48,538 nt of DNA from positions 1 through 48,538 of the forward strand of contig JALDZS010000177.1 of the NCBI GenBank assembly GCA_022813965.1. The letters are read 5' to 3'. The position numbers were made by a program, and so were the translations under genes. Below, piece by piece: positions 11,798-23,752 of this stretch. Positions within the stretch are counted from its first letter, which is position 1. Each line of letters starts with the position of its first letter. Below the pieces are notes generated by a model. The model did no database searches. It saw nothing but the letters and a program-made list of their open reading frames with translations, and was not told the DNA's origin. The stretch is from Toensbergia leucococca. Taxonomy: Eukaryota.

Positions 11798-14144
11798 AGT
11801 CCTGATTCCCCATCTGACATTAATGGGGGGTTCTACCCCAAAAACCAGCCTTTGTACAACGCCACCTCCTGCGCGGGGCGGAAGGAAGTGCATTGATATC
11901 CCTCCCTGTACATTTCAATCTTTTTGTGAACACCACAAGTTCCATCTATTCTATTCTCTCACACCTTGGCGATTTGGGGGTTTGTGTAGCATCTATCTGG
12001 CACCTGTCTTGAGGCTTTTGGTTGGTGCTGGTTTTTTTGAGGGGAGTTTGGTGGAGTGTGCGTTTGGTTGGGGGTTTGAGGAGGTTGGGTTGTTTTTGGG
12101 ATATGGTTGGGGTTTTGTGGGAGTGGGAACTTTTTTCAGGGGTGGGGGGGGGAGGGGGTGATGTGGTGTGTGATTTTTATTATTTTTCGTTGGTGGATGG
12201 GGGTTTTTGAAGTTTTTCGATGAGGCGTTGTGGATTTTTTGAATTGATTGGGAGGAGGGGACTGGGAGGGTTTTTTTTACTTTGGAGGGACTGAGGGGGG
12301 AGAAGGAGAGGAGGGAAGTGGGAGTGGGGAAGAAGGGGCTGTTGTGAGGAGGGGTTTGGTGGTGGGAGTTGGAAAGGTCTGGTTTTGGTTGGCGCTTTGA
12401 TGGGTTTGGTAGGTGGGTACCTTAGGTGGACTGCTGTGTGGGGTAGGAAGGAAGGGTGAGTGAGGTGGTGGATTGGTAGGTTTGATGATACATTCCCTTT
12501 TCGTGAGAGAGTTTTCATAGCATAGCAGTTGATAGCGTAGTTGCTTGTTGTGTCGTTTGACTCCGCTTTCTTGAGGGCGGGTTTCGGCTGTCTCGTGTAT
12601 GCTGCTGAAGGCACTGATTTGTAGAATATCAGACTTGTAGATTTGGAGGAGGAAGGTATCTGGAGGTATCGTTGCTGATTGGAAATGGGTTTTGGGGGGT
12701 TTAGTTGGAAGGTGTGCCCCCATTTCTTAGGGGAAATGGTGACCTGTTTCGGAAATCTGTGTTGAAGAGTTGGAGTGGGGTTGGGTGATGACTTGAGATG
12801 TTTGATCAAGTGATTATAGCGGCTCCTTTCAATATCTGATGATTTGTGCGTAGCGGAAGAGATTGATAAAGACATCTCTCATGTTTGATAGTTTGATGGC
12901 TTCAATTCTTGTCGAGGGGATATGATTCAAAAGAGTTGTAGAAAGGAAAGGGCAATCACAACTTCGACACAGCCGCTAGGACATAGTAGAAGAAAAGAAG
13001 AGGTTCATGATGAGGGAGGGAATTGTGGGTTTTGGGAGGATTGCTGACGTGGATGACATGGGTGTCCGGGAATTCTTTGTATAGATCAATGTTTGAGGTC
13101 TCACGCGGTAGACCTTTGGGGCAACTCGTTGGGGCTTTAGGAAATCGGAGTGGGTGTCATGCTCACCCTATGACAGGTCAACTCGGCCTTCGCAAACTGA
13201 ATTGAAAATCTATTCTTCTCTGTTCCTCCTTTTTTCTCTTTTCATCCTTCCGCCTCTCTGAACCCAAAGTCATAACATTCGCTCCTTCCTCCTAGGCTCA
13301 CTTTCATCAACAACCACGTCTGATCTTACTGACTGACCTCTTGTTTCTTGGAGGCGGTTTATAATGAAACACGTGTATGTTTTAGATGACAATTGGGCGT
13401 ATCTAGATCACTGGGAGTGTTAACTTGGAGTTATGAGGCAGCAGATCAGATTTTTGGAGTTCTTGAGGCTCGTCCTCGATCCGCATGCAAAATGTACCGA
13501 TCTTCACTTATCGACTTGTCCCCCCTGTCGTTGGGTAATCGATGGGACTCGCTATAGCAGTAAGTACGCTGGCTGGTTTTATAAAGATGCTGCATTTCGT
13601 TCACATTGTCATTTTTCAATTTTGCTTGCGCCCCAATCTTGTCTCCGTTCCCTAGGTGAGATAATAGATTGTCAAAAAACTTATAGCTTAATCTTGAAGA
13701 AAGAGTAACAAAACCCTGAAATACCACCGTTGCCTTCCAATCAGTAAGTTGGAGCCACGTCTTTGATACCATCACCATATAGGATCTCACTTGGTAGCTT
13801 GTAATCGTAATGAGTCGCGGCGAGTACTTTATTCTTCGATTGCCCCTAACCAACGAATAAGACCATCTTTTGCTCTGAGACTTTCCAACGCTAGTACTTA
13901 GCAGTGCTTCTAGCACAATGGATGATAGAACCGAGTAAATATATCTACCATGCCTCTTGACTCTAGACCCCTGACACTCCCACAATATTTTATGTTCGAC
14001 TGGGTGAAAGTGGTAGGCTTGGGAGGAGGCGCTGCTCAGACTTCGATCAGTAGATGAAGAAGTCTGGTCTTACAATCAGCGTCCGCGTTACCTCATGAGG
14101 ATATGACTACATCAGCCTCTTTTCCGAAACTCACCTCAACATTT

Positions 14145-17100
14145 CTATGACTCCTGTGCAACCAATTTCTCATCTTCTTTTGCCTCTGCCTCTAAATGTA
14201 GAGGAGCATCGTTTGCAAGTGAACTTCCTCGTTTCTGTTCTTCTTCTTCTTCTCTTTCTTCTTCCATTTCTTCCACACCCGGTCCTTGCAGTACAGCAGC
14301 GTCGTTCACGAGTAGATTTCCTCGTCTCTTTCCTTCTTCTTCTTCTTCTTCTTCTTCTTCCTCCACTTCTTCCTCCTCTTCTGGTAGCACAGCACCGTGA
14401 TCCAGGAGAAGCTGCACTATATCCTTATCCTCTTTATGCATAGCTGCCACCAGCGCATTGTCATAATATCCTCCTTCGGCATTAACATCAGCCCCCGCAT
14501 CCAGTAGTAATCGCACTACTGGCTCATGACCATTAGATGAAGCTGCCTGAAGTGCATTGCCATATTCCCCTCCTTGAGCATTAACTTCGGCGCCTGCATC
14601 CAAAAGCAATCGCACTACTGGCTCATGACCATCAGATGAAGCTGCCTGTAGAGCATTGCCATAATGGCCTCCTTGAGCATTGATTTGAGCCCCATTTTTC
14701 AATAGTATCTGCACCACTTTCTCATGACCATTAGATGAGGCCACCTGTAGAGCATTGCCATAAAAACCTCCTTGAACATTCATATCTGCCCCATAGTCAA
14801 GCAACATCTGCACTATCTTCTCATGACCATGAAAGGAGGCCGCTTGCAGTGCATTGCCATAAAATCCTCCTTGAGCATTAATTTGAGCCTCGTTGTTCAG
14901 TAGTATCTGCATCACTTTCCCTTGACCATTAGATGAGGCCGCCTGTAGAGCATTGCCATAAAGACCTCCTTGAACATTCATATCTGCCCCATAGTCAAGC
15001 AACATCTGCACTATCTTCTCATGACCGTTCACTGAGGCCGCTTGCAGTGCATTGCCATAATATCCTCCTTGGGTATTGACCTCGACCCCTTTGTCTAGTA
15101 GTAGTCTGACTGTGCGATCCAGACCAGCTAGTGACATGTAATAAAGTGGACTTGGCAGAGGCTCAAATTCTTCTCTCTCTTTGTCCTCGTCGTGTAACCG
15201 AATCCAATTCCTATAAGCATATGTCTTAGGCATGAGAAGGTCCATACACAATTGATCAAGCACAGGAGTATCTGTCTCTGCTTCATCGGCATGCGAGGTC
15301 CACCACTCTGCAACATATACTAGTAGCGGATATTTATTTCGAAGCTGTAAAGCCTTGGCACGCCTGGATATCGGTCTATCAAAGTGAAGAAGATATGCAA
15401 GACATATTTCAGCTATGCATGAGTGCGCGGAGGACCTCTGCAGGCTTTTATCAGCGGCCGGTCCGATCTGAATTCGCTCTGATACAAGATACTCCTTGAC
15501 AGAGAAATGTGCTAGTCTGACTTCAGTCATCTCGTCAGACATATACCAAATTTTCCTATTTCCCGGGCTAAACAATTCATCGGGGGGTATCATCTGGTCG
15601 TCCGAAAAAATTGTTTCCTCGTCCGAATGATTCCTCTCCTCGTCTCTATCGTCCTCTGTTGCTTCATCGTTCATACCGTTTACTTCCTCGACATCCGAGT
15701 TTTCCAATACCCCATAGTCCGAATAGTTCTGTTCCTCGTCGCTGGAGTCCTTTGTTACCCAAGATTCCGGATTCTTATAAGCTATAGTCACTAGACTAGA
15801 ACATATTGTCAGGATGTCTTCCGGCTCTGGAAGTCGTCTGCTAGGGTCGAATTGAGGATTTTCCTTGATATCGACTGCAATCACGTCAATGACCTCCTCA
15901 ATCTGCAAAGGTCGAAAAGAGTATGCCAGCCACTGCAGTATCTTTAATGCATTTTCTTTGTGTTCTTCGTCAATGTTGCATATGATCCGAGCATACGTGT
16001 CATCCAGGTCTTTCGGCAAAGACGCCAGTGCTTTCCGAACAGCATGAGGAGTGAGGCATTTCTGCAGGACGTCGAGCTGACACACTGCCCATCGGAACCT
16101 GAACAAGGACTGTCAACAAGTGTCTGGATATATATGTGTCATGAAAAATCTACATTCCATCAACTTTGTCCATCAGTGTCTCCTCGATTTCTTGTTGGAT
16201 CTCCGGTGCATTCCGCCATCTTCTCAGACCTCGATCAGTCTGAAGCCTTCCGTGAATATAGGCGCGAATGTCATCATGAACGAGTGTGCTCTGTATGCAA
16301 ACCTGGTTTTGCTCGGGGATTAAGAGGTCGAGCGACTCTTTAATGTCTTGTTCTCTTCGGCTTGTGGCTATTATGTGCAAGTTTCCACACTTCCATCCAA
16401 CAATTTCTTCGATTATTTCCATGAGATCAAGCCTATCTGTACATTCGTCTAAAGCATCGAGAACAACATAAATCCGGTTGAATTCCTCGATCATTTGTTT
16501 CAAATTCAGCACTAGTGCATCAATTTCAGGCTGCTCTTTTCCATTCTTGCAAGATGAAAAGAGAGAGTGCAAAGAATCTGGCGTAGCTTCATGCTTTGAA
16601 AATAATTGCGTGGTAAGAGAACGTATCATGTTTTCGGGCTTCTGTTTTTCCGCATCGTTGAAGTCAAAATAGAAATAGACTACTTCAATAGTAGGCTCCG
16701 CATCACAGTGATTGGCTAGATGCTCGATGATCGTGGAACTCAGGATGGATTTCCCACATCCGGGGATGCCCCATAGCCAGAGAAAGCCGCCAGAGATCGT
16801 CTTCCAGTCAGAGAATTGCTTGCTGCCGACAAACCACGAGCCAGTACCTGACTGTCGCTTCTTATATGCGGATTTGTAGTTGGTGGATGGATCTGGTGCT
16901 GCAAGCCATCTGTGGATTCTGCATTGCTGCTCATCTTGAAAGACAGAAAATCAATCTGAAGGTGATCTCAAAGGAGGATACATGACGTACCTCTTTGTCC
17001 AAGTACCAATTCTGTAACCCCCTTGTTTACCTCACTCAGTCCACTTTTGACCTCGGACACGTCATCTCTCACAAGAAGAATATCAATATCAATTGCTTGA

Positions 17101-17581
17101 GACAGTCCTCTATTGCGGGTCAGGGTTATTATTCTCGAGCAGTACAGAGTATAGACGCGTCGACTTACATATGGTCATTTTGCAAGGCAAGACCGAAAAG
17201 AGTCTTCTGTCGCTCGATGGTGCTAAGAATAGCGCGCACTTCCTCCTTTTGAAAAGGCCATGTAAAGGTCTTTCTAACCTTCTTTAGACCCTGAGTAGGG
17301 CTTAATTTAGATTCTAGTTGCTCCAGTGCGGATTTCAATTGTTCCAGTGGTCCCTTTGGAACGTTGAGTGATTTCAATGTAGTATACTGCATACGCCCAG
17401 CTTGGCCTTGTTCAGCACGGTCCTTCAAAAGGTGCAAAAGGCCGCATGCACTGACGACTTCGTCGAGGATCCTTTGGCGATCTTCCGAAGCACTCTTGAC
17501 ATCGTTGAGGTATTGAACCACTGTTGCAGTCATTTGCAAGACAGCAATAATGCTCGCAGAAAGGCTCAACGGGTCAGCCAT
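14145..17581 (-). CDS. Fungal NLR-like STAND protein: SesA/HeLo-like N-terminal domain + NACHT + winged helix + ankyrin repeats
   Basis: Exons approx. 17581-17169, 17109-16991, 16934-16154, 16098-14145. N-term MADPLSLSASIIAVLQ..FTWPFQKEEVRAILSTIERQK; RWLAAPDPSTNY..GTGSWF; Walker A GIPGCGKS; Walker B YVVLDALDEC; GMFRWAVCQL; LPKDLDDTYARI; VRLAHFSVKEYL; 33-aa GGxYGNALQAAS ankyrin repeats. Confidence 0.93.
14395..15150 (-). repeat. Ankyrin repeat array (99-bp units) with high internal nucleotide identity
   Basis: Near-identical blocks such as cctccttgaacattcatatctgccccatagtcaagcaacatctgcactatcttctcatgacc at about 14767 and 14965. Confidence 0.9.
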
Positions 17582-18173
17582 GTTGATTGATACTTAAAGG
17601 GCGTGACTCGATATGGGCAGAGGGAATCAGTCAAGTGTCTGATGCTTGGCAACCTGCATATACTCCTGTTGCTTGCAATGACCACTGTAAGCATATGGCG
17701 CATGAGGTTGTGACTCATGGAAAGGGAGCCTCTCAACGTTTCAGCTTCAGCCTCGCCATGGGTGGAGGTTATGCACGCAGCACCATGTTCTAGGCTTGAT
17801 TCTTGAAGCCCCGAGTAGGGCTGATTGAAAACCAAGAAAGATTGACATTTGCTTTACAAGCCCAAGTGTGGAAAGTAAACGGAGCTGATACTCCGTACAG
17901 GTATATATATGTCTGCTCTGCGAGTTCATTGAATCATCCCTCGATCCAATGCTTGCAGGTGGTGCGTGGCTCAAGCGAAACCCCAGCCATCCCGTCAACA
18001 CCTTTTTTCTAAACGTCTCCAAAAAGTACCAGCCATTCACGGCCACTCCTATCATGTTCCTGTTAAAGACGAGTGAACAGAGGAATCCAAAACCTCAAAT
18101 TCCCTCACAAACAGCTCTCGAAGTTGTATGAAGCAACCGTGATCCATCCCTCACATTTCTGCCATCTACGCCG

Positions 18174-19884
18174 ATGCCCGCCTTGGCTACATTGCTTTCC
18201 TTGCCAGCATCACTCATTCTATTTTTTGCAATTACGCACACGCAAACTTGGGCCCTCGAATCACAATGGCCGCACAACTTGCCTGCTCACGTGAAATACT
18301 TCCCCGAGGATGAGCCGATGGTACGAAGAAATGTGGAGATACAAAAGAAGCTCGTTGGTCAGAAGCCAGTCGGTGTGCACAAGATGAGTGGTGATGAGGC
18401 TGAAATGTTCTTCTTGGATTACTGGCAATTCGCTGATGCCAAGGGGGGAGATTTAAACCTGGACATTGAGCCCAGATTGTTGGACAGCGGAAAGTCTCTC
18501 CGTATACGAGAGTACACGAAAGACTGGACGAACAATTCCGTACCACACCATTTATCAGCGCCCTTCTCATACCACACCGATCAGCGAATAGACGCCTACC
18601 CTATCCTGGGACGATTCCTTCGCTCACCCCGCGCAATCTTCTCCTCCTTGGACGAGCGCTCTTTCCAATGCCCTAATGGCACTTCCAGCTGCACATCAAT
18701 CAACAGACCCAACAGTTGCTGTGCGACGGGAGAAACATGCGAGCTCATCACTGACACCGGACTCGGAGATGTTGGCTGCTGCATACAGGGGCAGACTTGC
18801 TCTGAGCAAGTGACAAACTGTCAATCAGGATATCAAAGTTGTCCCGGCAGCTCTGGCGGAGGATGCTGCATACCGGGTTATACCTGTGCTGGCGTTGGCT
18901 GTAGGTTTTCTTCTTAAAAGAAACATATGTCCTACCAACTAACGAAAACCTCTTCAAGGTGCCGTTAGCTCGACTGCTACAGTTACTATTATCCCTACCG
19001 TCACAGCCTCTCCACTCTCGACTACAACCACGAGCACTTCACAATTCCGCTCAACAGAACCATCCTCTTCATCAACCACAACCATAGTCGCCGTAAGCCC
19101 CCCATCCTCATCCTCATCTTCGTCTTCCACTCCAACTCCCTCTTCAACCTCCGCTCCAACCACATCATCGACGTCCACAACCCCATCCTCCTCCTCAACC
19201 ACCTCCACCATCTCAACCACAAGCTGTTCCACGGGTTTCCAATCCTGCCCCGCCTCCCTTGGTGGCGGCTGCTGTCCCACCTCCCGAGTCTGCGGCACCA
19301 GCACCTGCGCCCCTCTATCTACCTCCTCCCCTTCCTCTACAACGCAATCTTCCTCCTCCTCCTCCTCCTCCTCCTCCTCCTCCTCCTCCTCTAGCACTGA
19401 GCCCGCCGTCTCCGCTCCCCTCCGTGCAACCTCCATCAACAGCGCCTCTACCACAATCACAACCTCAGCCATCATCCCGACAACAATAACCAGCTCCGCC
19501 TGCCCCACCGGCTTCTACCAATGCAGCGCCTACTACCTCAGCGGCTGCTGCCAGGTCGGCAGAAATTGCGACTCTACCTCCTGCCCTCCTTCTCTATCCA
19601 CGACGATCGTATCCAGCGATGGGGTCTCGGTGGTGGCGCCGACGGGTACAGGCGTTGTACCGGTTACTACTGGGGCTAGTTGTGCTACAGGCTGGTTCAA
19701 TTGTGCGGCTGGGGAGGGAGGGGGTTGTTGTCCTAGTGGGTATGCATGTGGGGTTAGCTGCACGGCGACAGCGAGTGGAGTTGCGCCTGTGGGGAAGATT
19801 GCTACTGGGGGAGGGGAAGGGAGGATGATGATTGGATGGGAAGTTGGGTTTTTGATGGCCGCGGTGGTTGCTTTCGTACTTTAA
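18174..19884 (+). CDS. GPI-anchored Cys-rich, Ser/Thr-rich cell-surface protein
   Basis: Signal peptide; VHKMSGDEAEMFFLDYWQF motif; repeated CPxxxGGGCCP-type units; intron 18901-18958; Ser/Thr stalk with (TCC)n at about 19349-19391; hydrophobic C-terminus MIGWEVGFLMAAVVAFVL. Confidence 0.85.
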
Positions 19885-20415
19885 ATGCTTAGGTTGTTCG
19901 GGAGGGGGGGACTTGATGGCGGGAAGGGTACGCAATATGGATTCGACGAGGTCATCAAATGGGAATTGACTTGCAGGAAGGATGATTTGGGAGAGTGGAC
20001 TAAGTGCGAAAGGGCTAAAGGCCGGACGACGACAAGTCGAAGAGCTGGGAAGACTGTGGATATTGTCGAATTCTTGTGCTAGCCATGTCGCACTCGACTA
20101 AGATGAAGGATATGGACTCATTTGAGTGAGAGGTTGGAGTGGTTTCTCTGTATATATTTGACGAGTCCCATACTCTGTACAGAGCAATGTATTTCTTGCT
20201 CCCTCTCCGCCTCTCCACCTCTCCTACCAGACTATACAAAAGCCCTTGCACTTTATGTCGTGCTTTACTCTCGCAGAAGACAAATCCTTGGTTCCGTGTC
20301 TGAGGCGATCTAGGGATAAAGGGAAAAGCAATCAAGGAACAAAAGTAGGGGAAGGGATTGAGGTCGACACAGGACTTCAGAGCTATGTGGACATGAAGGC
20401 GATGCTCAGATATTG

Positions 20416-21217
20416 TTATGCCGCTCTAACGCCGTTCTTACGGAACGAGACCTTCTCCACCGCTACATTCTCCACGCCATTGGCGTCCGTCTTCAGCTGG
20501 TATACGTAAAGGACTAAGACATCACCCTGTACCTAGATCCCACCGTAAGTAAAACGCTCAAAAGCAGCAAAACGAGACTCCAGCACTTACATCCATCAAA
20601 CAAAAACTCGGCACCGGCTCCGCCCCATCCACCCACCACCCTGTACTCAACGCCCCAGTGGCACTCCCCGGATTGACAAAAAACTTGCCCTCCAACTCAT
20701 ACGCCTCAAATCGATGCGTACCCCCCCACAGCAATACATCCACATCCATCTGCCTCGCCTGAATCAGCAAACTGTCCGCATCGCCGGGCGGAATGATGGT
20801 ATGCCCATGTGTGAAGCCGATGCGGAGGGAGCCGTGGGTGACGACTTTTTGCAGGGCGAGGTTCGGGGCATCGACGTCGAAGTCGCCTTTTACGATTTGC
20901 AGGTCCGGGGCGGTGAGGCGGAGGAAGTCGTAGGTTTCTTTGTCGGTGAGGTTGCCGAGGCAGAGGATTTGGCCGATTTTGTTGGGGGTGAGGAGTTTTT
21001 TGAACTTTTTTTTTGGGCAAGAGCATTAGTATTTGGATTGTGAGGAGGGCGGAAGGGTGGAGATTGGGCGAGGTAGGGAGGGAGGGAGGTACCTTTGCTG
21101 GTATGTCCTAAGTGGAGATCAGCCGGGTTGGTGACTGCAGAGGTGGGGGAGGGGAGGTACTGGGGCTCGGTCGGGGATAAAGAGGTCACCGAGTACGAGG
21201 ACTAGTCTGGATGCCAT
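20416..21217 (-). CDS. VPS29: Retromer subunit Vps29
   Basis: Exons 21217-21161 (MASRLVLVLGDLFIPDRAP), 21107-21093 (DIPAK), 21004-20591 (FKKLLTPNKIGQILCLGNL..ARQMDVDVLLWGGTHRFEAYELEGKFFVNPGSATGA..FCLMD), 20532-20416 (VQGDVLVLYVYQL..EKVSFRK). Confidence 0.96.
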
Positions 21218-21918
21218 TGCGATGGGATGGCTCGCTCATTGAGCTCTTGGGCCCTTCTCCTCGCACTGTTGGCGAAATCGGTCTCTGTTCTTTTGTGGTC
21301 GCTTTTGTTGTGGTGTCAATTTTACACGTACGGATAGTCCGGAGAGAATCTGGTGCTTATCCGACTCAGGACTCGAAGATACTCTATAAGGAATGCTAGA
21401 GCTTCTGAGCAATTGATAGTGGTGGTGACGAACCCAACTTCAGATTTGGAGATGCACCAATTCCACATTTAGAAACGCAGCATAAGCCCTAGAACACGTA
21501 AAACCAGATCCCTGCCATTTATGGGGTCATAGGGCTACGGTAAACAACTGTATTTTAGCAGCCCATGGAAATTTCTTCATTCGAGAGTGTCGTTTCCGAA
21601 TCAATAATGCCATGTTAATACAGCAAGAATCCTGTACTCCCAGTCCCTACCAATCAAGTCCATTTCCCTCCGCAAAGCACCGTCATCCTGGCAGCGTTAC
21701 GTCCTCTATTCCTTTACCGAGGACCCCTCACGTCTTCAGTCCTGGCTTCCCCACGTGCACGATTGAGTCTCATTTCGAGGCATCTTGAACAAAGACCAGT
21801 CCTTGAACTGAATACCCCGTTCTCCACAGAAAGGCAGTCAAAAGAGCAGGACGACGTTGAATATACTCCTTATTCGAAATCTCCCCCCGAAACAAGCGTG
21901 CAGAGTAAAAGCAGGAAG

Positions 21919-23183
21919 ATGTCAAATCAACCTGAGCACCCGGCTCTGCTGATTCCAGGGCCAATTGAATTTGACGATGCGGTGCTTCAGTCTATGAGCC
22001 ACTACAGGTAGGTGCTTGCGATTACCCACAGAGGTCATCTGATATTAATTATATCTCTAGTGAAAGTCATGTTGGGGCTCCCTTTGTCTCAACATTCGGC
22101 GAGACACTATCCATGCTGCGGAAACTCTTCCAAACCTCCGACTCTTCATCTCAGCCTTTTGTAGTCTCCGGGAGCGGTACTCTTGGATGGGATATGGTGG
22201 CTGCGAATCTGGCGGAGCCAGACGACGATGTACTAGTACTACACACGGGCTACTTCGCCGATTCTTTCACCGATTGCTTTGAGATATACGGTGCTAAAGT
22301 AACGCAAATAAAGGCCCCAATAGGAGATCGACCCCAACTACCAGACATTGAGAAAGCGTTAAAGGAGAAAAAATACAAGCTGATAACTGTCACTCATGTT
22401 GACACGTCGACCGGCGTCTTGAGTGAAATTAAAGCGCTTTCGGAACTTGTACACCAAGTCAGCCCGGACACTCTCGTAGTAGTTGACGGAGTATGCAGCG
22501 TTGGCTGTGAAGAAATATGTTTTGACGAATGGGGTATTGACGTTGTTTTGACTGCAAGCCAGAAAGCCATTGGTTGCCCAGCTGGTCTCTGTATAATGAT
22601 GTGCTCCGGCCGCGCCATTGAGAGTTTCAAGAATAGAAAAACCCCGCCAGGATCTTACTTTGCTTCATTCAAGAATTGGCTTCCAAGTACGTCCTTGCTC
22701 CCTGGTAGATTCATGACGAATGCTAACAACACTTTGCCAGTCATGCAAAATTACGAAGCCAAGAAACCGTCATACTTCGCAACCCCATCCCCTCAGCTAA
22801 TTCATTCACTTCACACCTCTCTTACCCAAATTCTCTCCAAGCCCCTTTCCGACCGGTTTGCCGCCCACCGCGAGGCATCGCAACGTATCAAATCTACAGT
22901 CACATCTCTAGGTCTCAAGCAACTTGCTTCGAAGCCGGAGAACCAAGCCAATGGTATGACAGCAATCTATCTACCTAATGAAATCAAGCCTCCGGAGATA
23001 CTACCAAATCTACTGAAGAAAGGAGTCATCTTTGCTGGGGGTCTACATAAGGAAATTGCAACCAAATATATAAGGTTCGGACATATGGGTGTGAGTGTGA
23101 CTGATCATAAAAGAGGAGATATTGATAGAGCCCTTGAGGCTCTGAAAATGAGCTTGTCAGAAGTAGGGTATACCCCCCAGTAG
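21919..23183 (+). CDS. AGX1: Alanine-glyoxylate aminotransferase (class V PLP-dependent)
   Basis: MSNQPEHPALLIPGPIEFDDAVLQSM; introns 22008-22060 and 22687-22740; SGSGTLGWD, THVDTSTGV, VVDGVCS, TASQKAIGCPAGL (PLP lysine), YIRFGHMG. Confidence 0.93.
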
Positions 23184-23752
23184 GTCTCGAAAGGTGCTCT
23201 ACCCAGGCTTCACCGTTGGGATGGTGGTAGGAGGTCTTGGCGAATGTGGAAAAGTTTTAGATGCGGCTGATGTGTTGAAATTATTACATGTTCGAGGAAC
23301 ATATTTCTGTACTAGGAGTAAAAAGACCATACTCCGATACAACCGCGCAACGAATCTATAATAACCTGCTTAGATCTGACTATTCCAGTCATCCTAGAAT
23401 CTATGAGAGAAGGATGCAAGGTCTATGAAGTTCCAAGCCAAAGTTTGCTTAAAATTTCAATAGTGGAGCACGGTGTTTACACACCTCGGAGTATATTTCT
23501 TCTTTGAGAAATAGACCAGAAGATTTCCATTTTTGTTGTTCCCTGAATTAGGGCTTCGGTTAGTCAGCAGCGCTAGTACTTTATGGGAGAAATGAAACCT
23601 TGGCATGGACAGGTGATTCCCAACCACAGATGATGGCTGAATGTGATCCACCTGATAGATTACTGTGAATTCTGTGCCATAAAGGCCGAGAGGAATGTTC
23701 CACAGTATGCATGTACCATCACAGAGCGAGATCAGTTATCGAGCTCAACAAC

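Noticed and set aside
12180..12875. 231-aa minus-strand ORF and neighbouring ORFs (11547-12161, 12277-12723)
   Set aside because: Pro/Lys/Gly/Phe-rich translations are explained by extreme base skew; no domain motif recognised.
17165..18170. Amyloid signalling motif or adjacent effector gene for the NLR
   Set aside because: The NLR has an integrated N-terminal domain; no HET-s-, sigma- or PP-like motif or neighbouring effector ORF was seen.
23181..23270. Stop-codon readthrough giving AGX1 a PTS1
   Set aside because: The in-frame extension after TAG ends ..KSFRCG*, which is not PTS1-like.
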